A stretch of 64,000 bases of DNA. Origin: Hyphococcus sp. GTDB lineage: Bacteria > Pseudomonadota > Alphaproteobacteria > Caulobacterales > Parvularculaceae. Every line of letters starts with the position of its first letter. The first letter of the stretch is position 1. The stretch covers positions 11,101-75,100 of the forward strand of contig JAJFGE010000012.1 of the NCBI GenBank assembly GCA_021776295.1, in the 5' to 3' direction. A program made the position numbers and the translations under genes. Below are positions 22,200-32,661 of this stretch, in pieces. The notes under the pieces are model-generated. The model was not told the origin of the DNA, ran no database searches, and worked only from the letters and a program-made list of their open reading frames with translations.

Positions 22200-22940
22200 A
22201 TGGCTTGGAGCGAAGCCATGCGAGAAGCGCTGAATTTTGCTGTGATCGATTTCGATATACCTTTTTCCGATAGAGCTTGGCGCGAGGCTTTAAAGAGCGA
22301 GTTTGAGCGGTCCGATTATCAGCGGATGGTTTCGTTTTTGCGCAGCGAGACCGAAAGAGGCGCGATCATCTATCCACCAAAAGATTTAATCTTCAATGCG
22401 TTCAACCTGACGCCATTGTCGAAGGTTAAAGTCGTCATTCTCGGTCAAGACCCCTATCACGGGCCGGGCCAGGCAATGGGGCTTTCCTTTTCTGTGCCAG
22501 CGGGCGCAAAGGCGCCCCCGTCCTTAAAGAATATCTTTGCAGAGGTTCAAAACAACACTGGCGGTGAGTTGCGGACGCTGGGCGCTCTCGACGACTGGGC
22601 GGAGCAAGGCGTGTTGCTGTTGAATACGGTGCTAACAGTCGAAAAAGGCATTGCCGCATCGCATGCAAAAAAAGGCTGGGAGGCGTTTACGGACGGCGCG
22701 ATCCGGCAGTTGAGCGCGCAACGGCGCGGCATCGTCTATCTGCTGTGGGGCAGTCATGCGCAGAAAAAAATCAGCCTCATCAACAGCCGCGACAACAGGG
22801 TTCTTATCGCGCCCCATCCCTCGCCATTGTCCGCCTATCGCGGGTTTCTTGGCTGCAAGCATTTTTCGAAAGCCAACCAATATCTGGAAGAATGCGGCGA
22901 CGAACCAATTTGTTGGGCCGGCAAGCCTACGGCTCAATGA
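22200..22940 (+). CDS. ung: Uracil-DNA glycosylase, family 1
   Basis: VVILGQDPYHG, GLSFSV, PPSLKNI, GVLLLNTVLTV, HPSPLSA; start uncertain (22176/22200/22218). Confidence 0.95.
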   Translation: MAWSEAMREALNFAVIDFDIPFSDRAWREALKSEFERSDYQRMVSFLRSETERGAIIYPPKDLIFNAFNLTPLSKVKVVILGQDPYHGPGQAMGLSFSVPAGAKAPPSLKNIFAEVQNNTGGELRTLGALDDWAEQGVLLLNTVLTVEKGIAASHAKKGWEAFTDGAIRQLSAQRRGIVYLLWGSHAQKKISLINSRDNRVLIAPHPSPLSAYRGFLGCKHFSKANQYLEECGDEPICWAGKPTAQ

Positions 22941-23184
22941 AATTTTCCCAGAAGCCCAAAAACGCATCTGTTGCACCGTAAGCTATGGGGGCGTATGACA
23001 GTTGACCGGCAAATGCCTGTTGAAGAATTTTAGCCGGTTTCGAATTTACGGCGATTCATTGTATTCTCATTCGTTGTAAAAATTCGTTGAGTGATGGGAT
23101 GTAAGCAACTGGAATGAAAGCCTCATGAGCGCGCATCACGAAACATCTCGATAAGGCAATTTTCCGAATAGGGCGGTAATATCT

Positions 23185-23556
23185 TTGGGAAAACTAACCA
23201 CGCATATTCTCGATGTCAGCGCCGGCAAGCCGGCGACGCAAGTGCGTATCGACCTTTATAAAGTCGAAAAGAGCGGGTCAGGAGCGGAGCAAACAGCTAC
23301 AAAACTGCGCTCTGTCACAACCAATAGCGATGGACGATGTGATGAGCCATTATTGAGCGGCGCTGACTTTGTTGCTGGCCAGTATGCGCTGGAGTTTCAC
23401 ATCGGCGACTATTTCGATGCGCTTGGGCTCAGCCTGCCGGCGCCAAAATTTATTGATATTGTTGCAGTTAGTTTTGGCGTTGCGGATGGGGGTGTCAATT
23501 ATCATGTGCCGCTGCTTGTGTCGCCTTATGGTTATTCAACCTACCGCGGTAGCTAA
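23185..23556 (+). CDS. uraH: 5-hydroxyisourate hydrolase
   Basis: LTTHILD, TNSDGR, YHVPLLVSPYGYSTYRGS; TTG start. Confidence 0.95.
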   Translation: MGKLTTHILDVSAGKPATQVRIDLYKVEKSGSGAEQTATKLRSVTTNSDGRCDEPLLSGADFVAGQYALEFHIGDYFDALGLSLPAPKFIDIVAVSFGVADGGVNYHVPLLVSPYGYSTYRGS

Positions 23557-23560
23557 CAAA

Positions 23561-25027
23561 ATGCGCGACACGATATCGTTTTACCTGAATGGTGAGCTGA
23601 AGACGCTTCGCGGCGTTGCGCCAACGCAAACGTTGTTGAGATACTTACGCGAAGATAAAAAACTTTGCGGCACAAAAGAAGGATGTGCTGAGGGCGATTG
23701 CGGCGCATGTACAGTAAATGTCAGTACGCTAACCACAGACGGCGCCGTTAAGCGTGAGGCGATTAACGCCTGCATCCGATTTATGCCGAGCCTTGACGGA
23801 GCGTCGATTACGACCGTTGAAGGATTGGCGCGCGACAGCGATGCGCCGCATCCGGTTCAGCGGGCGATGATGGACAGCGACGCCTCGCAATGTGGATTTT
23901 GCACGCCCGGTTTTGTGATGTCGCTTTATACCGCTTATCGCAATCGCACGATGCTGCCTTTAGCGGCCGCCAACGATGTTCTGGCGGGAAACCTGTGCCG
24001 TTGTACTGGTTACGGTCCGATTTTAAATGCAGCAGAAGAGATTGGGCACGCCGCAAAGGCGGCTGACCAGAGCGACGACGACCGTGTTGAGCTGGAACAG
24101 TTGCATTCGCTGGACCATCAAGAGCCGGTTGAAATTGAACATGACGGGGCGCGAGCATTTTTGCCAGCGAACTGCGATCAGCTTGCGGGTATTTACGCAG
24201 CACACCCCGATGCAACGCTCATTGCCGGCGCCACCGATGTCGGTTTGTGGGTAACCAAAGCGCGCGAGCGCCTGCCCAAAGTAATATTTTTAAATCGCGT
24301 GCGTGATTTAGCATCGATCAAACATAGCAAGCAAAACTTAATCATTGGCGCCGGCGTTACATATTCGGATGCGATTGATATATTGGCTCAACTCTACCCC
24401 GATCTTGGCGAGCTGGTTCGGCGAATCGGCGCCGTTCAGGTGCGCAATGCCGGCACCATCGGCGGCAATATCGCGAACGGCTCGCCGATTGGCGATATGC
24501 CGCCGGCGCTGATTGTGCTGGACGCCAAGCTGGTGCTTCGTTGCGGGGTGAAGCGGCGGACATTGCCGCTGGAAGATTTCTTCCTCGCCTATGGCCGTCA
24601 GGACCGCAAGCCCGGCGAGTTCGTTGAGGCTGTGCATGTGCCTTTGAAGACCGCCGCCGATGAGTTGAAGTGCTACAAAATATCCAAACGTTTCGACCAG
24701 GATATTTCAGCCTTGTGCGGATGTTTTAATATTAAAGTATCGGACGACGTGGTTGTCTCCGCTCGGGTTGCGTTTGGCGGTATGGCCGAGACGCCGAAAA
24801 GAGCGCTGAGCGTTGAAGCGGCGCTGGTTGGGAAGCTCTGGGATCAGGCGAGTGTGGAATTGGCGATGCAGGAGTTCGCTAAAGATTTTACGCCAATGAG
24901 CGACATGCGCGCGAGCGCAGCTTATCGGCTTTGCTCGGCGCAAAACCTGTTGTTGAAATATTTTATCGAAACGCAAGCGCCGTTGGCGCAAACGCGACTT
25001 GTCGGTCACGGGAATGCATTCCTGTGA
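23561..25027 (+). CDS. xdhA: Xanthine dehydrogenase small (2Fe-2S/FAD) subunit
   Basis: GTKEGCAEGDCGAC, QCGFCTPG, GNLCRCTGY, YKISKRFDQDIS. Confidence 0.96.
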   Translation: MRDTISFYLNGELKTLRGVAPTQTLLRYLREDKKLCGTKEGCAEGDCGACTVNVSTLTTDGAVKREAINACIRFMPSLDGASITTVEGLARDSDAPHPVQRAMMDSDASQCGFCTPGFVMSLYTAYRNRTMLPLAAANDVLAGNLCRCTGYGPILNAAEEIGHAAKAADQSDDDRVELEQLHSLDHQEPVEIEHDGARAFLPANCDQLAGIYAAHPDATLIAGATDVGLWVTKARERLPKVIFLNRVRDLASIKHSKQNLIIGAGVTYSDAIDILAQLYPDLGELVRRIGAVQVRNAGTIGGNIANGSPIGDMPPALIVLDAKLVLRCGVKRRTLPLEDFFLAYGRQDRKPGEFVEAVHVPLKTAADELKCYKISKRFDQDISALCGCFNIKVSDDVVVSARVAFGGMAETPKRALSVEAALVGKLWDQASVELAMQEFAKDFTPMSDMRASAAYRLCSAQNLLLKYFIETQAPLAQTRLVGHGNAFL

Positions 25028-27393
25028 GCGGTGCGTCAAAATTTTCCGGACAAGCATCCAGCGAGGGCGCCAGCCGCACCCGTGGGTCTGTCTCCTCGCC
25101 GATTATGCATGACAGCGCATTCAAGCATGCATCCGGGCAAGCGGTTTATGTAGATGACATTCCGGCGCCAGAGGGTTGCCTTCATGTCTATATCGCCATC
25201 AGCAAGCACGCCCATGCGAATGTCGGCGCTGTAGAGTTTGGCGCCGCATGCGAGAGCGAGGGTGTCGTTGCGGTGATATCGGCAGACGATGTTCCCGGCA
25301 CGAATGATATTGGCCCGATTATCAGCGACGAGCCCTTATTCGCGATTGGCGCGGCAGGCGGGATTGTAGAATGTGAAGGCCAGGCGCTTTTTGCCGTTGC
25401 GGCGTCAAGCCTTGAGGCGGCAAGGGCGGCAGCGGCGAAGGTTGAGATTGCATATCAAGCCCTGCCGGCGCTGCTGACTATCGAAGATGCGATGGCGGCA
25501 AAGTCCTGGCTAGAGCTGCCCTATAAAATGGCCCGCGGCGATGTTGACGCCGCGATGCAGACCAGTCCCCATAATTTAAAGGGCCGGATTTATATTGGCG
25601 GTCAGGAACATTTCTATCTTGAAGGCCAAGCGGCGCTTGCGGTTCCGGGGGAGGATGGCGATGTCACGGTCTATTGTTCGTCGCAGCACCCGACCGAAAT
25701 TCAACACAAAACTGCCGGCGTGCTCGGCGTTTCTTTTAACGCCGTGACAGTGGAAGTGCGCCGCATGGGCGGCGGGTTTGGCGGCAAAGAAACCAACGGA
25801 AACCTTCCCGCAGCGGCCGCCGCGCTGGTTGCAAAACGCACCGGCCGGGCGGCAAAGGTCTGTTATGACCGCGACGACGATATCATCATGACCGGCAAGC
25901 GGCATGATTTTCGGATAGACTATCATGCCGGCTTTGATGAGGGCGGGCGCATTCATTCGATCATTATGGATCAGGCGGCGCGCTGCGGTTGGTCGCATGA
26001 TCTGTCGCTGGCGATCTGCGACAGGGCGATGTTTCACGCCGATAATTGTTACTATCTGGCGAATGTCCTGATCAGTTCCTACCGCTGTAAAACCAACACC
26101 GTATCCAACACCGCCTTTCGCGGGTTTGGCGGACCGCAAGGCATGCTTGCTATTGAGCGCGTGATTGATGAAATTGCCTTCAAACTCGGCAAGGACCCGC
26201 TGGAAGTGCGCCGCGTTAATTTTTACGCTGCCGACAAAGACACAACGAGCCAGCGTAATGTGACGCCCTATCATATGCAGGTTGAAGATTGCGTCATAGG
26301 CGAGATTGTCGATGAGCTGGTTGCTTCGTCGGATTATGAAGCGCGACGCACGGAGATATCCGATTGGAATGCGAAGCAACCACTGCTGAAACGCGGCATT
26401 GCTTTAACGCCGGTAAAGTTTGGAATATCGTTCACAAAAACCCACCTCAACCAGGCCGCGGCGCTTGTCCATGTCTATTCCGACGGCTCCGTGCATCTCA
26501 ATCATGGCGGCACGGAGATGGGGCAGGGGCTGTTTATCAAAGTCGCTCAGATTGTCGCCGAAGCGTTTCAGATCGATATCGATCACGTAAAAATTACGCC
26601 GACTAACACCGGTAAGGCGCCCAATACGTCGGCAACGGCTGCGTCCTCCGGTACAGATTTAAATGGCATGGCCGCGCTTGATGCGTGTGAAAAGATCAAG
26701 AAACGATTGATCGAGTTTGCATCATCTGAATGGGGCGTCGCCCAGGACAAGGTCGCGTTCCGGTCCGGCGGCGTTCGAATAGGTGATGATGAGATTGCGT
26801 TCGATGAACTGATCGCCAAAGCCTATTTGGCGCGGGTGTCGCTTTCTGCGACCGGATTTTATGCAACGCCGAAGATCGAATGGGACCGCGCCACTGGAAC
26901 CGGTCGGCCATTCTTCTACTTCGCATATGGCGCGGCGGTCTCGGAAGTTGTTATCGATCGTCTAACGGGAGAGCACCGCCTGTTGCGCGTCGATATTCTT
27001 CATGACGTTGGCAAGTCGCTCAACCCGGCGATTGACCTTGGCCAGATCGAGGGCGGATTTGCACAAGGCGTCGGGTGGCTGACCAGCGAGGAGCTGGTGT
27101 GGGATGAGGCGGGGCGGTTAAAAACCCACGCGCCCTCGACTTACAAAATTCCAACCGCGTCTGATCGCGCGCCGGATATGAGCATTGCGATATGGAAACG
27201 CGGAACAAACCGCGAGGAGACCATCTACCGCTCGAAAGCCGTCGGCGAGCCGCCGCTGATGCTGGGTATTTCAGTATTGATGGCGCTGTCTGATGCGGCG
27301 GCGAGTGCGATGGGCCGCGCGCAATATCCGGCGCTTGATGCGCCGGCGACGCCGGAGCGCCTGTTGCAGGTCATAACCGGCGGCTGGAGCTAG
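25024..27393 (+). CDS. xdhB: Xanthine dehydrogenase molybdopterin-binding subunit
   Basis: GQEHFYLEGQ, RRMGGGFGGKE, AFRGFGGPQG, GGTEMGQG, SKAVGEPP; GTG start overlapping the xdhA stop. Confidence 0.96.
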   Translation: MSGASKFSGQASSEGASRTRGSVSSPIMHDSAFKHASGQAVYVDDIPAPEGCLHVYIAISKHAHANVGAVEFGAACESEGVVAVISADDVPGTNDIGPIISDEPLFAIGAAGGIVECEGQALFAVAASSLEAARAAAAKVEIAYQALPALLTIEDAMAAKSWLELPYKMARGDVDAAMQTSPHNLKGRIYIGGQEHFYLEGQAALAVPGEDGDVTVYCSSQHPTEIQHKTAGVLGVSFNAVTVEVRRMGGGFGGKETNGNLPAAAAALVAKRTGRAAKVCYDRDDDIIMTGKRHDFRIDYHAGFDEGGRIHSIIMDQAARCGWSHDLSLAICDRAMFHADNCYYLANVLISSYRCKTNTVSNTAFRGFGGPQGMLAIERVIDEIAFKLGKDPLEVRRVNFYAADKDTTSQRNVTPYHMQVEDCVIGEIVDELVASSDYEARRTEISDWNAKQPLLKRGIALTPVKFGISFTKTHLNQAAALVHVYSDGSVHLNHGGTEMGQGLFIKVAQIVAEAFQIDIDHVKITPTNTGKAPNTSATAASSGTDLNGMAALDACEKIKKRLIEFASSEWGVAQDKVAFRSGGVRIGDDEIAFDELIAKAYLARVSLSATGFYATPKIEWDRATGTGRPFFYFAYGAAVSEVVIDRLTGEHRLLRVDILHDVGKSLNPAIDLGQIEGGFAQGVGWLTSEELVWDEAGRLKTHAPSTYKIPTASDRAPDMSIAIWKRGTNREETIYRSKAVGEPPLMLGISVLMALSDAAASAMGRAQYPALDAPATPERLLQVITGGWS

Positions 27394-27395
27394 CG

Positions 27396-28409
27396 TTGCA
27401 GTTGTCTCTCGTAGAGCTTTGCGAATACTTCCGGCGAAACGGGCCTGTTGTCCGCGTCACGGTGATCGACGTTGAGGGCTCAACGCCGCGTGAGGTTGGC
27501 GCCGCGATGACGGTGTCCGCGCAAGCGGTGGCGGGTACTGTCGGCGGCGGCGCGCTGGAATATGATGCAATCGCTCACGCCCGGCAGTTGGTTGAGGCGG
27601 GCGCTGAGACCTTGTGGTTGCGCGATACAAAAACCTATCCGCTTGGGCCGCGCCTTGGTCAATGTTGCGGCGGCCAGGTGCGGCTTCAGTTTGAGTGCTA
27701 TGGCGCCGACGAAATTGATATAGTTTCCAGTTTTGCAGACGCGAAAATCGGCTATTTTGCAAGACCGGTAGTATCCGGTTTGGCGCCTGTTCATGTCGTT
27801 GAAGTAGCTGATCTCAGCGGCGTGCCGGATTTTGTGCGTGAACAATTCCTATTGCTCACGGCGCAATCAGATAGTCGATGTAAATTGGCGGGCGGCGCGC
27901 AGAAACATGGGAGTTGGTTTTTGGAACCGCTCAGTAAAAAACGACTGCCGATCTACCTCTACGGCGCCGGCCATGTCGGCCGCGAGGTTGTGCGTGTATT
28001 CGATGGACTGGCGGTTGAAATCGTCTGGGTAGATACCGACGCTGAACGGTTTCCAGATACCATCCCCGCACAAGTGAAGCGCCTCGTCATAGCGTCGCCC
28101 AATGATGCGGTTGGCTTGGCGCCGGACGATGCGTTTCATGTAGTGATGAGCTATTCCCATGCGCTGGACCTTGAGATTTGCCATGCAGTTCTGAAGCGCG
28201 GGCGGTTTCGATATCTCGGGCTGATCGGGTCGAAAACGAAGCGCGCCCGTTTCCTGAAACGGCTTGGCAAATTGGGTGTTAGCGAGGTCGACCTTTCCCG
28301 GCTCACCTGCCCCCTTGGCGCCGGCGGCGCCAGCAGCAAGGAGCCGGGCGTGATCGCGATATCGCTGGCGGTGGAGATTTTGCAACTGAGCGAGGTATCC
28401 TCACGTTAA
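27396..28409 (+). CDS. xdhC: Xanthine dehydrogenase accessory protein
   Basis: GSTPRE, GTVGGGALE, LGQCCGG, GAGHVG, GLIGSKTKRARF. Confidence 0.93.
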   Translation: MQLSLVELCEYFRRNGPVVRVTVIDVEGSTPREVGAAMTVSAQAVAGTVGGGALEYDAIAHARQLVEAGAETLWLRDTKTYPLGPRLGQCCGGQVRLQFECYGADEIDIVSSFADAKIGYFARPVVSGLAPVHVVEVADLSGVPDFVREQFLLLTAQSDSRCKLAGGAQKHGSWFLEPLSKKRLPIYLYGAGHVGREVVRVFDGLAVEIVWVDTDAERFPDTIPAQVKRLVIASPNDAVGLAPDDAFHVVMSYSHALDLEICHAVLKRGRFRYLGLIGSKTKRARFLKRLGKLGVSEVDLSRLTCPLGAGGASSKEPGVIAISLAVEILQLSEVSSR

Positions 28410-28521
28410 TTCGATGGATAGTTGTACCAATAGCCGCTATAGCCGCGGGGAGATTTTGACGACAGACCGTCGCGGCGCCATCTGTGTCGTGGACGGCATC
28501 CGATGAAGGCAGAGTTACTCC

Positions 28522-29850
28522 ATGAAACAAGACCAAGGCCGGTTCGTTTTGCGCGGCCAGACTCTTGCATTTTCCGGCAACCCATTTGAGGTCGGCGCCG
28601 AAGACGCGGTCGATTATCGACAGGACGGCGCCGTGGTTGTGGAAGGCGGGCGTATTATTGCGGTCGACGCCGCTACAGATATTTTAAAGCAAAATCCCGG
28701 CGCGCCAGTTGCCAATTATGGCGACGCCCTCATTATGGCCGGGTTTATTGATGCACACACGCATTATCCGCAATTGGATATCATTGGCTCCAGCAGTCAG
28801 GGCCTGGTTGACTGGCTGCAAAAACACACATTTCCATGTGAATCTCAGTTTGATGATCAAGCGGTCGCAGAAAATTCTGCGGATTTTTTCCTCGACCAAT
28901 GTTTTCTAAATGGTGTCACGACGGCGAGCGTTTATTGCACAGTGCATTCGCAATCGGTGGAGAGTTTCTTTGAAGCGGCGACGCGAAGAAATGTGTGCAT
29001 GGCGGCCGGCAAGGTTTGTATGGACACCAACAGTTCGCTAGGCCTCGCTGACACTGCGCAAACAGCTTATGACCAGTCGAAAGCGCTAATTGAGCGCTGG
29101 CATGGCGAGGGCCGTAACCGATATGCGATCACACCTCGTTTCGCATTGACCTCGTCTCCGGCGCAGCTGGCGGCGCTCGGGAGTTTGTGGCGCGAGCACC
29201 CGACGGTGCTGATGCAGACCCACCTTTCGGAAACCAAAGATGAGGTTGCGCGCGTGTTAGAACAGCACCCAACCTATGACAGCTATTATCAGGTCTACCA
29301 ATCGTTTGGCCTCGCCGGCGAAGGGGCGATTTTCGGACACGCCATTCATCTTTCCGACGATGAGCGGCGCGCCATAGCCGAGAGCGGTGCGGCGATTGCG
29401 CATTGTCCGACATCGAATGCGTTTATGGGTTCAGGCATATTCGATCTTGATGCAACGCGCCATGCGGCGCCGGAGATATTGGTTTCGCTTGCGAGCGATG
29501 TTGGCGCGGGCGTTTCCTTTTCGATGTTTGCAACCATGCGTGCAGCTTACGAAGCCGCGCGTTTCCATAGTGTTGTTTTGCATCCGGCTGAAGCGCTCTG
29601 GATGGCGACTTGCGCCGGCGCCAAGGCGATGCGGCTTGATGATCGTCTCGGAAATCTTGCACCCGGAATGGATGCCGATATTGTGGTGTTGAATTTGAAA
29701 TCAAACCCATTAATTGCGCGCCGCGTTGCACGGGCTGAAGATTTTTTTGATGTTCTGTTCGCGCAAATCATTATGGCGGATGAAAGAGCGATCAAGGCGA
29801 CCTATGTCGCCGGCAATATCGTCCATCAACGCACGCAGGCCTCAACCTAA
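28522..29850 (+). CDS. guaD: Guanine deaminase
   Basis: GFIDAHTHYPQ, YAITPRFA, QTHLSE, HCPTSN, SDVGAG. Confidence 0.94.
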   Translation: MKQDQGRFVLRGQTLAFSGNPFEVGAEDAVDYRQDGAVVVEGGRIIAVDAATDILKQNPGAPVANYGDALIMAGFIDAHTHYPQLDIIGSSSQGLVDWLQKHTFPCESQFDDQAVAENSADFFLDQCFLNGVTTASVYCTVHSQSVESFFEAATRRNVCMAAGKVCMDTNSSLGLADTAQTAYDQSKALIERWHGEGRNRYAITPRFALTSSPAQLAALGSLWREHPTVLMQTHLSETKDEVARVLEQHPTYDSYYQVYQSFGLAGEGAIFGHAIHLSDDERRAIAESGAAIAHCPTSNAFMGSGIFDLDATRHAAPEILVSLASDVGAGVSFSMFATMRAAYEAARFHSVVLHPAEALWMATCAGAKAMRLDDRLGNLAPGMDADIVVLNLKSNPLIARRVARAEDFFDVLFAQIIMADERAIKATYVAGNIVHQRTQAST

Positions 29851-29865
29851 ACTCAATGTCCGGCG

Positions 29866-31080
29866 CTATTGCGCCTCGCTGGCAATCCAGGCATCGAGCA
29901 AAGCGCGTTCATCGTCGGTCATTTCGGTTAAATTCCCCGGCGGCATTGCGTGGCTTAAAACCGCCTGCGCGCGAATTTGTGCGGCGTATTGCCGGACAAG
30001 ATCGAGCGTATCATATTCAACGCCGCCGGGCGCTGTAGCGACAAAATCCGTCGGATTGGCCGAATGGCAAACCGCGCAACGGGTTTTGACAATGGTAAAC
30101 GCCTGCTCGGTTAACGCCGAAGGCTCCATGTTTGTGGTCTCTCCAGCTGGCGCGTCCGCAGTTGTACTGGCCGGCCGCCATGCGATAAAAACCATCAGTA
30201 TAAGAAGCAGAACAGAGGCGGCGGGCCATTGCCAGCTTAGTGCGCGGCCATGTTTGCCGCTGTCATGGGCGTTAAAATAGTGCCGGACGATGGCGCCAAT
30301 CGGCAAAATTAACGCAACCACAACCCAGTTCATCGGATGCCCGAAAGTCATTGGATAATGATTTGAGATCATCATGAATAAAACGGGCAGCGTCAAATAG
30401 TTGTTATGCGTCGAGCGTAATTTTGCGATTTCACCAAATTCCGGATTGGGTGTTCTGCCGGCTTTTAATTCTGCGGCAGTGATTTTTTGGTTGGGAATAA
30501 TGACGAAGAAAACATTCCCGGTCATGATGGTGCCGATCATCGCGCCAATATGGAGAAAGACAGCGCGGGCAGAAAACACCTCGCCCAAACCAAAGGCGGC
30601 AGCGACAATAAAAACGAACAACACCGCAAACATCGCGGTCTGGTTATTTTTCAGGGCAGACTTGCATAGAACGTCATAGCCGAGCCAACTTGCCGCCAGT
30701 ACGGCGACAGAAATACCCACCGCCTGCAGCTTTGACAGCGCAAGGACCGACCGGTCGATGAGATAGATGTCCGCCTGCCAGTAATAGACCACCGACATGA
30801 GCGCAAAACCGGTGAGCCAGGTTGCGTAAGATTCCCATTGAAACCATTTCAGGTCTTTCGGCATCTCCTCCGGTGCGATCATATATTTTTGGACATGATA
30901 AAACCCGCCGCCATGCACTAGCCAGCTTTCGCCTTTAACGCCGTCCGGCAGGCTGGCGCGATGGCGCAGGCTAAAATCAAGCGCCATGAAATAAAACGAC
31001 GCGCCGATCCATCCGATGCCAGCGACAATATGCGCCCAGCGAAGGCCCAGGCTCAGCCAGTCGGTTATTTGAAGGTCCAA
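29866..31080 (-). CDS. puuD: Membrane urate hydroxylase with cytochrome c domain
   Basis: RWAHIVAGIGWIGASFYF, HGGGFY, RSTHNNYLTLPV, C-terminal CAVCH heme motif and AMPPGN. Confidence 0.9.
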   Translation of the reverse strand: MDLQITDWLSLGLRWAHIVAGIGWIGASFYFMALDFSLRHRASLPDGVKGESWLVHGGGFYHVQKYMIAPEEMPKDLKWFQWESYATWLTGFALMSVVYYWQADIYLIDRSVLALSKLQAVGISVAVLAASWLGYDVLCKSALKNNQTAMFAVLFVFIVAAAFGLGEVFSARAVFLHIGAMIGTIMTGNVFFVIIPNQKITAAELKAGRTPNPEFGEIAKLRSTHNNYLTLPVLFMMISNHYPMTFGHPMNWVVVALILPIGAIVRHYFNAHDSGKHGRALSWQWPAASVLLLILMVFIAWRPASTTADAPAGETTNMEPSALTEQAFTIVKTRCAVCHSANPTDFVATAPGGVEYDTLDLVRQYAAQIRAQAVLSHAMPPGNLTEMTDDERALLDAWIASEAQ

Positions 31081-31205
31081 GGTCTCTCTCCGCGAGGCTG
31101 ATCGGATTTTCCCGACGCGTAATCAAAAAACCTCTATGATGAGCGTGAGGAAATTGAGTATGCTCATGTTTGGGCTGTGTTCAACTAAATCTTCATCGGT
31201 GCGAG

Positions 31206-32135
31206 ATGTCTGAGTTACGCGATCTTATGGGTTATGGGGGCAAGCCGCCGCATGCGGACTGGCCGGGCGGCGCGCGTATCGCGGTTCAGTTTGTGCTCAA
31301 CTATGAGGAGGGCGCAGAGCGCTGTGTGCTGGACGGCGACAGCCAGTCGGAAGCATTTTTGTCTGAGATTATCGGCGCAGCGCCGTTTGAGGGCGCGCGG
31401 CATATGTCGATGGAATCGATATATGAATATGGGGCTCGTGCGGGCGTATGGCGGGTGCTGGATTTATTTAAGACGCGAGGCCTGCCGATCACTATGTTCG
31501 CCGTCGCTTTAGCGGCGCAAAAAAACCCGGCCGTGATTGAGCGTGCCTTGGCCGATGGCCATGAGGTCGCCAGCCATGGGTTGCGGTGGGTCGATTATAA
31601 AGATGTGCCTGAAGAGACGGAACGCGCGCATCTGCAAGAGGCGGTTGAAATTTTAACGAGAATTTGCGGCGCCCCGCCGCTTGGCTGGTATACTGGCAGG
31701 ACGAGCGAGAATACGCGGCGGCTGCTAGCTGAGCATGGCGGATTTTTATATGACGCTGATGATTATTCCGACGATTTACCGTTTTGGAGCACGCAAACCC
31801 AATCGTCTCATCTGATTGTGCCCTATAGTTTGGATACCAATGATATGCGTTTTGCGACGCAACAGGGGTTTAACACCGGCGCAGATTTTGAAACCTATCT
31901 CAAAGATGCATTTGATGTGCTTTATCGTGAGGGCGCCGAGGCGGCGAAAATGCTGTCTATTGGCCTTCATTGTCGGCTGATCGGGCGTCCGGCGCGGTTC
32001 AAGGCACTCGAAGCGTTCGTCGATTACATTTCGTCATTTGAAGATGTCTGGGTGTGTCGCCGGGTTGATATCGCCCGGCACTGGCGCGCGCGCCATCCGT
32101 TTAACAAAACCGCTGAGAGGAGCGCTGATGGATAG
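31206..32135 (+). CDS. puuE: Allantoinase PuuE (polysaccharide-deacetylase fold)
   Basis: QFVLNYEEG, SMESIYEYG, HGLRW, GWYTGR, DTNDMRF, IGLHCRLIGRP. Confidence 0.93.
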   Translation: MSELRDLMGYGGKPPHADWPGGARIAVQFVLNYEEGAERCVLDGDSQSEAFLSEIIGAAPFEGARHMSMESIYEYGARAGVWRVLDLFKTRGLPITMFAVALAAQKNPAVIERALADGHEVASHGLRWVDYKDVPEETERAHLQEAVEILTRICGAPPLGWYTGRTSENTRRLLAEHGGFLYDADDYSDDLPFWSTQTQSSHLIVPYSLDTNDMRFATQQGFNTGADFETYLKDAFDVLYREGAEAAKMLSIGLHCRLIGRPARFKALEAFVDYISSFEDVWVCRRVDIARHWRARHPFNKTAERSADG

Positions 32136-32652
32136 CAACCACGCGATGCGCGGTGCGCCCGAACGGATTTCACGTGATGCGTTCATCACACTTTTTGGCG
32201 GTGTTTATGAACATTCCCCCTGGGTTGCCGAGGCGGTTTTCGACGACGGTATTGTTGTCGACGACCTTAGCCAATTGGCGCAAGCAATGGCGGCGGTTGT
32301 GGATGGCGCCTCGCGTGAACGCCAGCTGGCGCTGCTGCGCGCGCATCCGGACCTTGCCGGACGTCTCGCGGTGCGGGGGGAGTTGACCAAAGCGTCTACC
32401 GACGAGCAAAAATCCGCCGGGCTTGACCAATGTAGTCACGAAGAACTGGAGAGATTTCAATCTCTCAATAAGGCGTATATGAACAAATTTGGGTTTCCTT
32501 TTATTCTTGCCGTCTCCAGCAAAACCCGCACGCAAATTCTGGAAAATTTTGGGGCGCGATTGGAAAACTCGCCCAAGCAGGAGTTTGCCACGGCGTTAAG
32601 AGAGGTGCACAAAATCGCCCGCATTCGGTTGAAAAAACTGGCGGAGAAATAG
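32128..32652 (+). CDS. uraD: OHCU decarboxylase
   Basis: YEHSPWVAE, LLRAHPDLAG, EQKSAGLD, KFGFPFILAV, IARIRL. Confidence 0.92.
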   Translation: MDSNHAMRGAPERISRDAFITLFGGVYEHSPWVAEAVFDDGIVVDDLSQLAQAMAAVVDGASRERQLALLRAHPDLAGRLAVRGELTKASTDEQKSAGLDQCSHEELERFQSLNKAYMNKFGFPFILAVSSKTRTQILENFGARLENSPKQEFATALREVHKIARIRLKKLAEK

Positions 32653-32661
32653 GCAACAGAG

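Noticed and set aside
22941-23184. Purine/xanthine riboswitch upstream of uraH (also considered 28410-28521 before guaD)
   Set aside because: Could not match a known riboswitch consensus by eye; an Rfam cmscan would be needed
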